DNA of 63,503 nt, filler included, from Actinomycetota bacterium (lineage in GTDB: Bacteria; Actinomycetota; Acidimicrobiia; Spongiisociales; UBA4744): the NCBI GenBank assembly GCA_013152275.1. It is 5 parts of 5 records of this genome, joined end to end, with 100 filler letters (N's around TTAATTAATTAA, not from the genome) between each part and the next. Parts side by side here need not be neighbours in the genome. Positions count along the whole stretch, not along the records: positions 1 to 7,805 come from JAADGS010000061.1; positions 7,906 to 38,043 come from JAADGS010000025.1; 3 more parts are not named here. The stretch is one strand, 5' to 3'. Under the pieces are notes generated by a model, which saw only the letters and a list, made by a program, of their open reading frames with translations, had not been told where the DNA came from and ran no database searches. The number at the start of each line of letters is the position of its first letter. The stretch's first letter is position 1. The position numbers and the translations under genes were made by a program. This document shows, piece after piece, positions 1-9,572 of the stretch.

Positions 1-15
1 TCGTGTTGAACACCT

Positions 16-88
16 TCCGGGGTAGCTCAGTTGGCAGAGCAGCGGACTGTTAATCCGTTTGTCGTGGGTTCAAGTCCCACCCCCGGAG
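16..88 (+). tRNA. tRNA-Asn(GTT)
   Basis: Acceptor stem TCCGGGG/CCCCGGA, D arm TAGCTCAGTTGGCAGAGC, anticodon loop CTGTTAA, T arm GGTTCAAGTCC; CCA not encoded. Confidence 0.97.
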
Positions 89-150
89 CCGTGGGACCCA
101 AGTGGGGCAAGGGTTTCGGGCGCGATGGGGGAGACCCGTATCTTCTCCCG

Positions 151-168
151 GGACGCGCTCAGGACGCG
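151..168 (+). repeat. GGACGCG direct-repeat pair (putative integrase arm-type sites)
   Basis: GGACGCG at 151 and 162 (11-bp period); pair recurs at 1138, ~1468 (degenerate), 7498 and 7730. Confidence 0.7.
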
Positions 169-390
169 TTTCGGTTACGGGTACCGGAACTCGACGCCGG
201 AACTTGACAGGAAGGGCGGTGTTCCTATGAAGGCGGCTGGCTTACCGTCGGCGCGCAACTGACCTTCCATACCGCGTCCATACCGCGAGAGGGTGGGATG
301 GGACGGGAAACAACGCGAAACGTTGAGAGGTGAAAAGCCAGTTAAGACAGGCGTTCCACGTGTTTCCCCCGGTCAGCGGGTGGGGTCTTC

Positions 391-437
<47 letters not shown>

Positions 438-607
438 GAAGAAAGCCCTTGGCATTCCTAGATGTGCCGAGGGTATTCCTCTTCCTCGGTCTGTCACTTG
501 TGGCCCATTTGTATTCCAAAGGACGGTGTGAACCCGTCCGCCTTTTCCGGAGGCTCTGGGCAGATAGCAATGGGAATCCTCGCACTGGCAATGTAGATTC
601 AAGAACC

Positions 608-937
608 ATGACAACAACAAACAAGATTCTCATTGTCGGTTTCACTGCAGTGCTGTTGGTCATCGGGGCTCTCGGATACTTTCTCATCGACGGTCAGAAC
701 CAATCCAACGCTCAGACGAATGAAAATGAGCAAGAGATGCTGTCGGAGCAGAAGACCGCCAATCGTATTGCGGAGCAGCTGGCAGATGTCGCTGCGCAGC
801 AGTGCTATCAGGACCGAATTCAGGCGTACAAGGATGAGAAGAATGCCAAGCGAATCGCAGAAGGGAAAGAGCCGCTGGAGTTTTTCAACATATCGTCCAT
901 GCTTCTCATTAGTTGGGAAAGCTCCTGCAAGGGCTGA
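608..937 (+). CDS. Small membrane-anchored hypothetical protein
   Basis: ATG 608, N-terminal TM helix, helical tail with two Cys, followed by a terminator hairpin. Confidence 0.7.
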   Translation: MTTTNKILIVGFTAVLLVIGALGYFLIDGQNQSNAQTNENEQEMLSEQKTANRIAEQLADVAAQQCYQDRIQAYKDEKNAKRIAEGKEPLEFFNISSMLLISWESSCKG

Positions 938-964
938 TGTTCTAGCCCACACACATGACAACAG

Positions 965-994
965 AGAGGCCCGTCACCGAAGTGACGGGCCTCT
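965..994 (+). terminator. Intrinsic terminator-like hairpin
   Basis: AGAGGCCCGTCAC-CGAA-GTGACGGGCCTCT perfect stem. Confidence 0.7.
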
Positions 995-1135
995 TCCTCG
1001 CTGAGTTGGTCGCTGCTTCTTCCGCGTGATACCAACCGTGTGTGAGCGATCAGTGAATATCGCGATCGGCGATCACTGAAATTCGCGGTTGTGAGGGTTG
1101 GGATTGTTGGAGAGGTCGACGCGGTATGGGCGTCC

Positions 1136-1490
1136 CAGGACGCGCTCAGGACGCGTTTCATTGAAAGCTGGTGAAAGGTACTGAAAACTGGTGAACACTC
1201 GGAACCGTTGGTGTGTATGTGTTTCTGGGTATAACCCCAGGTCAGAGCATCGCGGTGGAACGGACTGCTAATCCGTTTGTCGAACATGAGTCGGTCGCTT
1301 CGCTCCCGTTGTCTTCTGCCTGTTGGCTGGACCGGCGTCTTGGTAGACGGTGATCTGACTCGCCGTGTGGTCGGTGCTGAAGGTTCAAGTCCCACCCCCG
1401 GAGCCGAGGAATCCCTTGTGCCGCAGGGGCTAACGTCTGTTCGGCCGGAGACCGAATACTCCTCTCGGGGCGCACTCGGGACGCGTTTCG
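1136..1490 (+). repeat. attP-like junction 1 with interrupted tRNA-Asn 3' copy
   Basis: Left arm from 1136, CGGACTGCTAATCCGTTTGTCG (1261-1282), ~98-bp insert, GGTTCAAGTCCCACCCCCGGAGCC (1382-1405), right-arm repeats ~1468-1485. Confidence 0.8.
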
Positions 1491-1623
1491 TCGCACGCGT
1501 ACCGGAACTTGACAACCGCGGTACAGGACGAACCCGCTACGAACTCCACCGTTTGTCGAACCGGAATCGGGCGTTTCTTTGGTCAAGCGCTTCTCCGGTG
1601 GGACTCGTCGCTCCTGACTCTGT

Positions 1624-2418
1624 TCATAGCTCCAGACGCTGGTAGATCGTTGCTGCGCCGACCGTGAACGCGACGGCGGCAACGATGGTCCACGCCACTG
1701 CACTTGTTGCAACCAGAGGGTCGCCGTAGACATACTTCGCCACGGGAAACCACTGCCCGATATCGGCACCTATTAGACCTGATGGTGTGAACCGATCCCA
1801 TCCATCCCACAGTGCACGTGGCTGGGTTCGCAGGATCACCCAGACCAACAGGCCGATCAGGGCGACGACGCCGCGGCGTCGGATCAGCGTCCCGAGGAAG
1901 CCGGTCAGCGTGACGAAGAACCCTGCGGCAAGAGAGAGAAGAAGAAGGGTGGCGAAGAAGCGACCCAGCGGCGGCGCTTCGGGGATGACGAATCGATACG
2001 GCTGCACCTTCGGCAGCCACCAGTAGGCGACCAGGCCGGGGATGAAGATGGCGATTGCCGAAAGTGCGACCCAGAGTGCAGCGAGTTTGCCGATGACGTA
2101 TCCCGACCGCGGCACGGGTTTCGACACCGTCCAGGAGGCGATTCCGCTGTGGTACTCGCCGATGACCATCGCCTCGGTGAGCACGATGGCGGCGAGGATC
2201 GGGAACACGGCCAGCATGCCGATCAGGGACTCGAATCCGAGGCCACCGAACGGCATGTGTTTGGTGACGACGGTGAAATAGAGCAATCCGTCGATCAGCA
2301 GCATCCAGAATATGAGATGGAATAGCCCCCGAAGCCCGAGCCAGCGGCTCGATTCGCCACGGAACACGCCCCACGCTCCTTTGAGGGCGACAATGGCGCT
2401 TCGAGCCTCAGTTGCCAT
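1624..2418 (-). CDS. ABC-2 type transporter permease
   Basis: Multiple TM helices, GEYHSG...SKPVPRSGYVIGK motif. Confidence 0.88.
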   Translation of the reverse strand: MATEARSAIVALKGAWGVFRGESSRWLGLRGLFHLIFWMLLIDGLLYFTVVTKHMPFGGLGFESLIGMLAVFPILAAIVLTEAMVIGEYHSGIASWTVSKPVPRSGYVIGKLAALWVALSAIAIFIPGLVAYWWLPKVQPYRFVIPEAPPLGRFFATLLLLSLAAGFFVTLTGFLGTLIRRRGVVALIGLLVWVILRTQPRALWDGWDRFTPSGLIGADIGQWFPVAKYVYGDPLVATSAVAWTIVAAVAFTVGAATIYQRLEL

Positions 2419-3361
2419 CGTCCGCCCCAACGATCTCCAGGTAGGCGTCCTCGAGGCGCCGGTCGCTGAGGTGGAACTCGATGACGTCGCAGTGGTCGTC
2501 GGCAAGGAGGGTTGGTACGAGACGGTCGGCAGCGGCGGCCTCGTCGCTCACCCGAACCCGCCACTGCTCGATCTCGCCCAGGTGGCGTGCATTGACGGCT
2601 TCGACCCACGGCTCTGCAGTCAGCCTCGCCAGCGCCTCCTCCGTTTCGCCGCGGAGCCGCACGGTGTAGTCCGTATCGGAGCCTTGCAGGATCGAATCGA
2701 GTGGCCCTTGTGCGACGGCTCGGCCGGCATTGATCATCACGACGGTGTCGCTGACGCGCTCGACGTCGTCGAGGATGTGCGTGGAGTAGAACACGGTGGT
2801 GTCGCCGCCGATCTCGGCGATGAGGTCGAGCATGTCGCGACGCCCGACCGGGTCGAGACCCGCTGAGGGTTCGTCCATCATCACCAGGTCAGGGTCTGCG
2901 ATGAGCGCCTGAGCCACCCCGAGGCGTTGCCGCTCACCGCCGGAGAGGCCTCGTACCTTGCGGCGTGCCTTGTCCGTCATGCCGACGCGATCGAGCAGGT
3001 CGTCGACTCGCCGGCGCATCGCCCGGCCGCGAGGATGTCCCGGATAGAGGCGACCGACGTACGAGACAACGCCGCGTACCGTCTGGTTCGGCGGAAACAC
3101 CGGGTCCTGGGGTAGATAGCCGATTCGGCTCCGAGCCACCAGACGGTGGTTTCGTACATCGTGGCCGAAGACTGCCGCATACCCGCCGGTCGGCCGGATC
3201 AGGCCCATGAGGATCTTCATCGTGGTTGTCTTGCCTGCACCGTTGGGGCCGAGGAAGCCGCAGATCGACCCCTCAGGCACTTCCAGATCGAGGCCGCGCA
3301 GCGCCTCCACCTTGCTGTACCGCTTGGAGAGATGTCGAATCTCGATCGCCGGCGGTGTCAT
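2408..3361 (-). CDS. ABC transporter ATP-binding protein
   Basis: GPNGAGKTT, LSGGE, DEP, STHIL. Confidence 0.95.
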   Translation of the reverse strand: MTPPAIEIRHLSKRYSKVEALRGLDLEVPEGSICGFLGPNGAGKTTTMKILMGLIRPTGGYAAVFGHDVRNHRLVARSRIGYLPQDPVFPPNQTVRGVVSYVGRLYPGHPRGRAMRRRVDDLLDRVGMTDKARRKVRGLSGGERQRLGVAQALIADPDLVMMDEPSAGLDPVGRRDMLDLIAEIGGDTTVFYSTHILDDVERVSDTVVMINAGRAVAQGPLDSILQGSDTDYTVRLRGETEEALARLTAEPWVEAVNARHLGEIEQWRVRVSDEAAAADRLVPTLLADDHCDVIEFHLSDRRLEDAYLEIVGADDGN

Positions 3362-4197
3362 GTCAGCTCCCTCCGGTTGAAACGCCACACGGCAAGAAGT
3401 AGCACCATGCCGGTCCAAAGGAACGTGGCGGCGACCGGTACCGCAAACGAGGCCTCATTGCCCTGCGCGACGTTGGCGATCCCAACGATCAACCCGGTTG
3501 GTGATGCCGAGTAGATAGACCCGGCGAACGCCGCAGCACCGAAGAGTCCGACGACAGCCAGACCAAGAGCGAACACCGCTGTCCGGGAGCGGATCGTGGT
3601 CCCGAACAGGATCATCACGGCAACGACGAATACGAGCAACATCGAGACCGTGGCGAGCATGGCGAGGTAGGTGCCCCAATCCGGCAGTGTCGTGTACACA
3701 CCCCATTTGCCGATCGGCGCCCCGATCACCTCTCTGAGCTCCGATACCGTGAACTCGGTCACGCCCACCCGCGAGGCGGCGGCGAGGATCGGGTAGACGG
3801 GAACGCCGGCGCCAAACACGGTCGCGGTGATACCGGTCGCGGCGGCGAGGAACTTGGCAACGACCACGGCCGGCCGACCGATCGGCATCCCCACGAGCCA
3901 GGACGCGGTACCGCGTTCGATCTCGCCCAGTACCGAACCTTCGGTGAGGGACACTACCGAGAGCAGAAGTATGGCGATCCACAAGCCGACGAAGGGGTAG
4001 AGCAGCGCCCCGAGTTGGTTCACTCCGCTGGCCCGCCATGGCACGTAGACCAGCGCGAACACGCCAAAGCTGGCGATCGTGAGCAGCAGGGCCCGCCACG
4101 GGAACCAGGCCCGAAGCTCGACAGTGAGCAGCCCGCCGAGGCCGCGAAGGGGGTGCGCCGTTTCGATGCGTTGCAGCGTCGCCGTGTCACTCGTCAT
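3358..4197 (-). CDS. ABC-2 type transporter permease
   Basis: GEIERGT...PIGRPAVVVAK motif, TM helices. Confidence 0.88.
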   Translation of the reverse strand: MTSDTATLQRIETAHPLRGLGGLLTVELRAWFPWRALLLTIASFGVFALVYVPWRASGVNQLGALLYPFVGLWIAILLLSVVSLTEGSVLGEIERGTASWLVGMPIGRPAVVVAKFLAAATGITATVFGAGVPVYPILAAASRVGVTEFTVSELREVIGAPIGKWGVYTTLPDWGTYLAMLATVSMLLVFVVAVMILFGTTIRSRTAVFALGLAVVGLFGAAAFAGSIYSASPTGLIVGIANVAQGNEASFAVPVAATFLWTGMVLLLAVWRFNRRELT

Positions 4198-5125
4198 CGC
4201 CCACCTCCACGAGGTCGAGGTAGATGTCCTCGAGATTGCGTTGCAGCGGCCGGAGCTCGGTCACCCGTGTCCCGTTGCCACCTGCCAGGGTGCGCAGGAG
4301 CCCGTGTTCGGCGGTGGCTCGATCCACGGCCTCGACTTCCCACCTGCCGGTACCGATGGGTCGGGTCGCGGTCACCCACGGCTCGCGGTCGAGACGATCG
4401 ATGACGCCGGTCCCGTCACCGTCGAGTGCAACCGCGTAGGCCACGGACGAACCGCCGAGGAGCCGGCTCATCGGTCCCTGGTCGACGATCTCGCCGTGAT
4501 CGAGAACGACGACGTGGTCGGCGATGCGTTCGACGTCGTCGAGGATGTGACTCGAATAGAAGATCGTCATCCGCCCCCTGAGGTCATCGAGCAGATCCAG
4601 CACCTGGCGTCGACCCTCGGGGTCGAGACCGACCGAGGGCTCATCGAGGATGAGCAGATCGGGGCCACTGATCACTGCCTGACCGATGCCGAGACGCCGG
4701 AGCTCGCCGCCCGACAGACCCTTCACTTTGCGGTCTGCCCGCTGGTCGAGGCCGACGAGGTCGACGGTTTCGTCGACCCTGGTCTCGATTGCCGCTTTTG
4801 AACCTGCGAGGTAGCGGCGGGTGACGAACCGCAGCACGTCGCGCACCGTGGCCCGGGGGAAGAATGATGGATCCTGGGGGAGATAGCCGATGCGGGACCG
4901 GGTGCCGAGGCCGTTGCTGTCGAGATCGTTGCCGAGCATCGACGCCCACCCTTCGGTGGGTCGGATGAGACCCATGAGGATCTTCATCGTCGTCGTCTTC
5001 CCAGCACCGTTGGGGCCGAGGAAACCACAGATCGACCCCTCAGGGACCTCGAGATCGAGACCGCTGAGTGCCTCCACTTTGCGATAGCGCTTGCGGAGGC
5101 CCCGGGTCTCGATGGCGGCGGTCAC
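4187..5125 (-). CDS. ABC transporter ATP-binding protein (paralog of 2408-3361)
   Basis: GPNGAGKTT, LSGGE, DEP, SSHIL. Confidence 0.95.
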   Translation of the reverse strand: MTAAIETRGLRKRYRKVEALSGLDLEVPEGSICGFLGPNGAGKTTTMKILMGLIRPTEGWASMLGNDLDSNGLGTRSRIGYLPQDPSFFPRATVRDVLRFVTRRYLAGSKAAIETRVDETVDLVGLDQRADRKVKGLSGGELRRLGIGQAVISGPDLLILDEPSVGLDPEGRRQVLDLLDDLRGRMTIFYSSHILDDVERIADHVVVLDHGEIVDQGPMSRLLGGSSVAYAVALDGDGTGVIDRLDREPWVTATRPIGTGRWEVEAVDRATAEHGLLRTLAGGNGTRVTELRPLQRNLEDIYLDLVEVGDDE

Positions 5126-7002
5126 GGGCACGCTCCCAGTTCGGGCATCTTGACGATCGTGGCGCCTTTGACCTCGACCGCCACGAAGGCGCAGCGACGG
5201 CGGCCATCCTCGTCACCTTCGGCTTCGTTCCCACAGTTCTCCTCGATGCGGAGGTCGTAGCTGCCCGCCACCAGAGCGACCGGTTCGGGGAATCGGGTGT
5301 CCCACGGCCCGTCGGGGCGGATGTCCGGCCCGATCCCACTGGCGAAGCTCCCGGAAGGTGGCATCGGCAGGATGGGTACCAGACCCGGCATTCTTGCCCA
5401 GCGCTTCTCGTCCCCTTCCTCGATATCGCGAGGGTCATGTCGACCGAAGCTGAACGTACCCGACGGCCATGCGTCGCCGCGGCCGAGGTCGTTGAGGGTC
5501 GTGCCTGTCGGGAGGAGCACCGCGGTCAGGCCACAATATTCGAAACCCTCCGGCGTGAGGGTCATGTCGACCTCGACGCGCAGCGTGCCTCCCGGCTCGA
5601 ACGGCGGAAGAGTCCGCCTGGCGATCTCTTCGGGTTTCCCGATGGGATCCAGCTCGCACGGCTCGAGTTCGGGGAGATCGACGACGGTGTCCCCGTCGAC
5701 GGTCACAGGGAACTGGAGGCAGTAATCCGGGGCGGAGAGGTAGACGCCGTAGCTGCCGGGTTCACCGTAGTAGGCACCGACGAACAGTTCGTAGGTACCA
5801 CCGGGCACCAGGGCTGGTTCTGCCTCATGGGACATGAGCGAACAGACATTCCTCACGACGTACTCGCCCTCGGTGCCGGGAAACGAAGCGATCGGGAGGA
5901 GGGGATGGGAGAAGTGGTCCCCCATCTGGTCGAGGAGGAACTCCTTCGGATCCACACCCTCCTCCCTTGCGAGGACTGCAGCCTCCGCCTGCCATTCTTC
6001 CTCTTCAGGCGACCCGACCCCGGGGCAACCCGCCGCCACATAGTCACGACCGCTCCGCACCGTGGCAAAGTCGGTTCCCGGAGGCAGCAGCGCCAGGAGC
6101 AGCGTCCGGTTGGTGAGATGGTCTTGTGGCATGATCCGGACGGTGAGCGAACCCGGGCCACCGGAAGTCCCCGCGGTGACTGTGGCCGTGCCGGGGTTGG
6201 CCTCGACCCACGCCGAGATCCTCTCCCTTGCGTTGTGCACCGCCTCGTGGGCCTCGTCCCAGGGCACCCCTACGAACTCGACGAAGAGCGCGTCCCCCTC
6301 CTCGCCTTCCGGAAGGTTGTTCGGATCGAAGTCGACGCTCCGCGCAAACTCGAAATAGCTGCGCTGGTACCCCACAGCGATATCCCAATACCTGGCGATC
6401 TCATCCGGAACGAGTCGTTCGCCCACCGTCAGCGCAGCTTCGTACCGGTCGACGTCTCGACGCAACTCGCTCCAGCTTGCTGGGTCGTCGATGCCGAGGA
6501 TCCGTTCGAGTTCCGGCCACCGCGAGAAGAAGTCACCGCACTCGGTGACGGCCCAATCGTCGATGACGGCGACGGCTTCCTGTGTGTCCGCGACCGCGGC
6601 CTCCGGCCCTGCATCACCGAACGCCATCGTGAGGTGCACGCCGCGGATCGTGCCCTCGGAATATCCGGTGATGAACAGGAGGTCGCTAATTGTTTGGTAG
6701 GTCGCGAATACGCGATTCCACTCGGGTCGCAACTCCGTCGGAACCGTAGTGTCGACGTCGGTCAGGAACCGAGCGATCGCGATATCGGTCTCCTGATAGT
6801 CGATCGTCAGTTCGCCGGTGACCATTCCGAGAAGTTTCTCGCGAGCATCGGGCCAGACCCGACAGAAGACGGCGACGTTCGCCTGGGACTCCGAGTCCGT
6901 CGACTCTGCAACGGTGTTCCCGACACTGGAACATGCACTCAGAACGACGGCCGCGACGGTGATGGCAATCGATAGCCGCCTTGGCACACTCGCCCTCGTC
7001 AT
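5122..7002 (-). CDS. Large acidic lipoprotein, function unknown
   Basis: Lipobox LSAC; first gene of a translationally coupled ABC operon. Confidence 0.8.
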   Translation of the reverse strand: MTRASVPRRLSIAITVAAVVLSACSSVGNTVAESTDSESQANVAVFCRVWPDAREKLLGMVTGELTIDYQETDIAIARFLTDVDTTVPTELRPEWNRVFATYQTISDLLFITGYSEGTIRGVHLTMAFGDAGPEAAVADTQEAVAVIDDWAVTECGDFFSRWPELERILGIDDPASWSELRRDVDRYEAALTVGERLVPDEIARYWDIAVGYQRSYFEFARSVDFDPNNLPEGEEGDALFVEFVGVPWDEAHEAVHNARERISAWVEANPGTATVTAGTSGGPGSLTVRIMPQDHLTNRTLLLALLPPGTDFATVRSGRDYVAAGCPGVGSPEEEEWQAEAAVLAREEGVDPKEFLLDQMGDHFSHPLLPIASFPGTEGEYVVRNVCSLMSHEAEPALVPGGTYELFVGAYYGEPGSYGVYLSAPDYCLQFPVTVDGDTVVDLPELEPCELDPIGKPEEIARRTLPPFEPGGTLRVEVDMTLTPEGFEYCGLTAVLLPTGTTLNDLGRGDAWPSGTFSFGRHDPRDIEEGDEKRWARMPGLVPILPMPPSGSFASGIGPDIRPDGPWDTRFPEPVALVAGSYDLRIEENCGNEAEGDEDGRRRCAFVAVEVKGATIVKMPELGACP

Positions 7003-7495
7003 GCGTGTTTCCTTGTAGCTCACACCTCAGCCCGAGGGCGCGCCCAACGATCGGAACCGGCCAATGCGTCCCCAAGCCGTCGCCACGAGTGTACGCCGAA
7101 TTCCGTCGCGCGTAGCTAATGAATCATCCACCAATGGTCATGCACCGTGCGCCTTCAAGCTCTTGGGCCACGCCACCTGAGATCACCGCTGGTGGGGGGA
7201 GAACGTGAGTGGCTGCCAAGGGATATCGAGGAGCAGCTGGGTGTCGTGCCCTGGGTTCTCGATCCAAGTCCAGATTGGACGGCCCTACGGCCAGCGGGGC
7301 GCGGAGTGCAACCTGCAGACGAGATAGCTCGCGATCTGTCGACGACTCAAACCAGGCCGAGGCACATCGTTGATGGACCTTCGCTGTGGGGAGCAGCACG
7401 AGATCTCTGCGTTGGGCCCCTGACATTGTGCGGTGCCGAGCGGCGATGCGGAGAGGACAAACCTGTGGCCAACGTGGGAGATATGACAGCAGTGT

Positions 7496-7747
7496 CAGGA
7501 CGCGCTCAGGACGCGTTTCATTGAAAACTGGTGAAAGGTACTGCAAACTGTTGAACACTCGAAACCCTTGGTGGGATTGAGTTTCGGGCTGTTCTCCTTT
7601 GTTCTAGGGCTTTGGCGGAACGGACTGTTAATCCGTTTGTCGTGGGTTCAAGTCCCACCCCCGGAGCCATGGGACCCGGGTGGGGGCCGGGGTCTTGGGC
7701 GCGACGGGGGAGTCTCATATCTTCTCTCGGGACGCGCCCTGGACGCG
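7496..7747 (+). repeat. attP-like junction 2 with tRNA-Asn 3' copy
   Basis: 7621-7668 identical to 43-90; left arm 73/78 identical to 1136-1213; GGACGCG pair at 7730/7741. Confidence 0.9.
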
Positions 7748-7805
7748 ACTTGGTCACAGGTGCTGGAGCTTGATATCGGAATCGACACGTGACATCGACG
7801 TCGAT

Positions 7806-7905
7806 NNNNNNNNNNNNNNNNNNNNNNNNNNNNNNNNNNNNNNNNNNNNTTAATTAATTAANNNNNNNNNNNNNNNNNNNNNNNNNNNNNNNNNNNNNNN
7901 NNNNN
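7806..7905. other. Artificial contig linker
   Basis: N-run with TTAATTAATTAA. Confidence 0.98.
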
Positions 7906-8423
7906 CGCTCAAGTCTCCGCCGATGTTGCCGCCGTCGGTCGAGATCGTCTGTCTCGTAGAGGGTCGGCAGCACGTTCTTCAGGTTGGGACGCCGTACAGC
8001 GGCGAATGGCCGACATCTCCGCCCGGGGAGTCTGATTTCACACCTGTTGAGCGGGTGCCGGTCCCTTGGCCGGAGCAGCCGCCGAAGTCGGATTGTCGGG
8101 ACTTGGCCATCGTGGTTTCTTCTTCCGCAACTCCGCGCGCCCTGACCGTCTACGCGTTCGATGGGTATCTTGGTGGTGATGGAATCCCCGCCGATGAGGC
8201 TTTTCATGAACTGGATTGCAGACGTTCCACATCGCGGGATCCCTACAGTCGGTGTTGGCTCCAGCAGACCGATGAGGGACTGATGCTGCGTCTCGACGAA
8301 CCGAGCACGGAGGGAACTATGTGGATGGCGGTCAATGTGACGTGGGCTGTCCCGCCGTCGACACCGCAAGCAGACCTCGGGCTCGATTGGGCGACGTGGT
8401 TGTTCGCGGTGGAAAGCGAGTGA
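7906..8423 (+). CDS. Hypothetical protein (probably 5' partial)
   Basis: ORF at contig edge, ends 2 nt before next gene. Confidence 0.55.
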
Positions 8424-8425
8424 GG

Positions 8426-9382
8426 ATGGATACGGCGAGCGATCGAGAGGAGATGTTTCTCCAAGCTCCCGTGGCGTGCGCGTTCCTTCTGCTCTGCGAC
8501 CAGTTGGGTGTTCCTCTGGACGAGGCGGTCCGGCCGCCGGCGGCGTTGGATCTGGCAGCCGGCGCTATCTCGGACATGTACCCGTGGGCGGGCGATCACG
8601 AACAGCGGAAGGTGGCGGTTGTCGAGCGGGCAGCGCGGCTGCGTCATCTCGTGCCTCGATTGCTGGAGCATCCAGACTCTTCCTGGTGGTTCGCCTCGTT
8701 GGAACGGGATCGACAGGTCTGGCTGGGAACCAGTCGGGACCAGATGCAATCCATCGAAGTACCGTCGGAGGCACCGCCCCCGAGGGAGTACATCCCCCAG
8801 ATGCCCCCGGCATACTTCCTCACTGCCACCCGATATGGAGAGCGGACGGCGTTTCACTCCCTCCTTGCACAGTGGGCGGGAGACTGGGATCCGGAGCTGC
8901 CGCTACCGCAAGCGGACCTGCATGTCGCAGACGATGCGAGGGTCTTCGAGATCCGGTCTCCTCAGGATTGGTACGAACTTGCGGATCGATACGCGGTCGT
9001 TCCGGTAGAGCAGGGAGAACCGTTGTCGGATCGTCAGATCTTCCCACATTGGACGAAAGTTGCAGGGGACTGGGACATCGTTCACCTGAGTTTCGGCGGA
9101 TTCCTGCTGGCGACGTTCGTGCCGATCGCCGGCCCCTTGGGGAGTGCAAGACTGTGGACGTGGGAATCCGAATCCGCCCTGTGGCTCCGACCCTGCTATT
9201 CCGATCGGATCGAGCAGGAGCCACTGGTCGAGCGTCCGCGGAGCGTCTTCGAAGGTGTCGGTGTTCGCATCCGCTACCTCCGGACCCTTGGCGGGGAAGA
9301 CGCCAGGCTACTCGAGCGGTGGGGAGGGCCGCGTCGGACGAAAGCACGTTGGAAGAGATGGTGGCGTAGCCGGGGTCGCTGA
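8426..9382 (+). CDS. Hypothetical protein
   Basis: Long ORF with ARVFEIRSPQDW...HWTKVAGDWDIVHLS...WESES pattern. Confidence 0.7.
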   Translation: MDTASDREEMFLQAPVACAFLLLCDQLGVPLDEAVRPPAALDLAAGAISDMYPWAGDHEQRKVAVVERAARLRHLVPRLLEHPDSSWWFASLERDRQVWLGTSRDQMQSIEVPSEAPPPREYIPQMPPAYFLTATRYGERTAFHSLLAQWAGDWDPELPLPQADLHVADDARVFEIRSPQDWYELADRYAVVPVEQGEPLSDRQIFPHWTKVAGDWDIVHLSFGGFLLATFVPIAGPLGSARLWTWESESALWLRPCYSDRIEQEPLVERPRSVFEGVGVRIRYLRTLGGEDARLLERWGGPRRTKARWKRWWRSRGR

Positions 9383-9572
9383 TCCCGGCTCGCACATGTC
9401 CCAGGCCGCGTCCAGATGGCGATCATCGAACTCGTCTGAAGGGAGGTGGCCCTCAGGCCACCTCCCAGTTTCCAGCATGACCCTGGCCGAACCTTCGCCC
9501 TGCGGTCTGGCAGCTCTTCAGGGACGCGGTCCCGGGTGCCAATATCGTGAGCGAAGCGAGCCTGGCCACCGG

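Noticed and set aside
7147..7524. ORF as integrase or excisionase of the cassette
   Set aside because: No tyrosine/serine recombinase or HTH motifs recognised; runs into the att arm
7621..7669. Additional functional tRNA genes (also 391-437, 1261-1405)
   Set aside because: 5' halves (acceptor strand and D arm) are missing
7806..7905. TTAATTAATTAA palindrome in N-runs (also 38044, 45548, 56229)
   Set aside because: Artificial six-frame-stop contig linker, not biology
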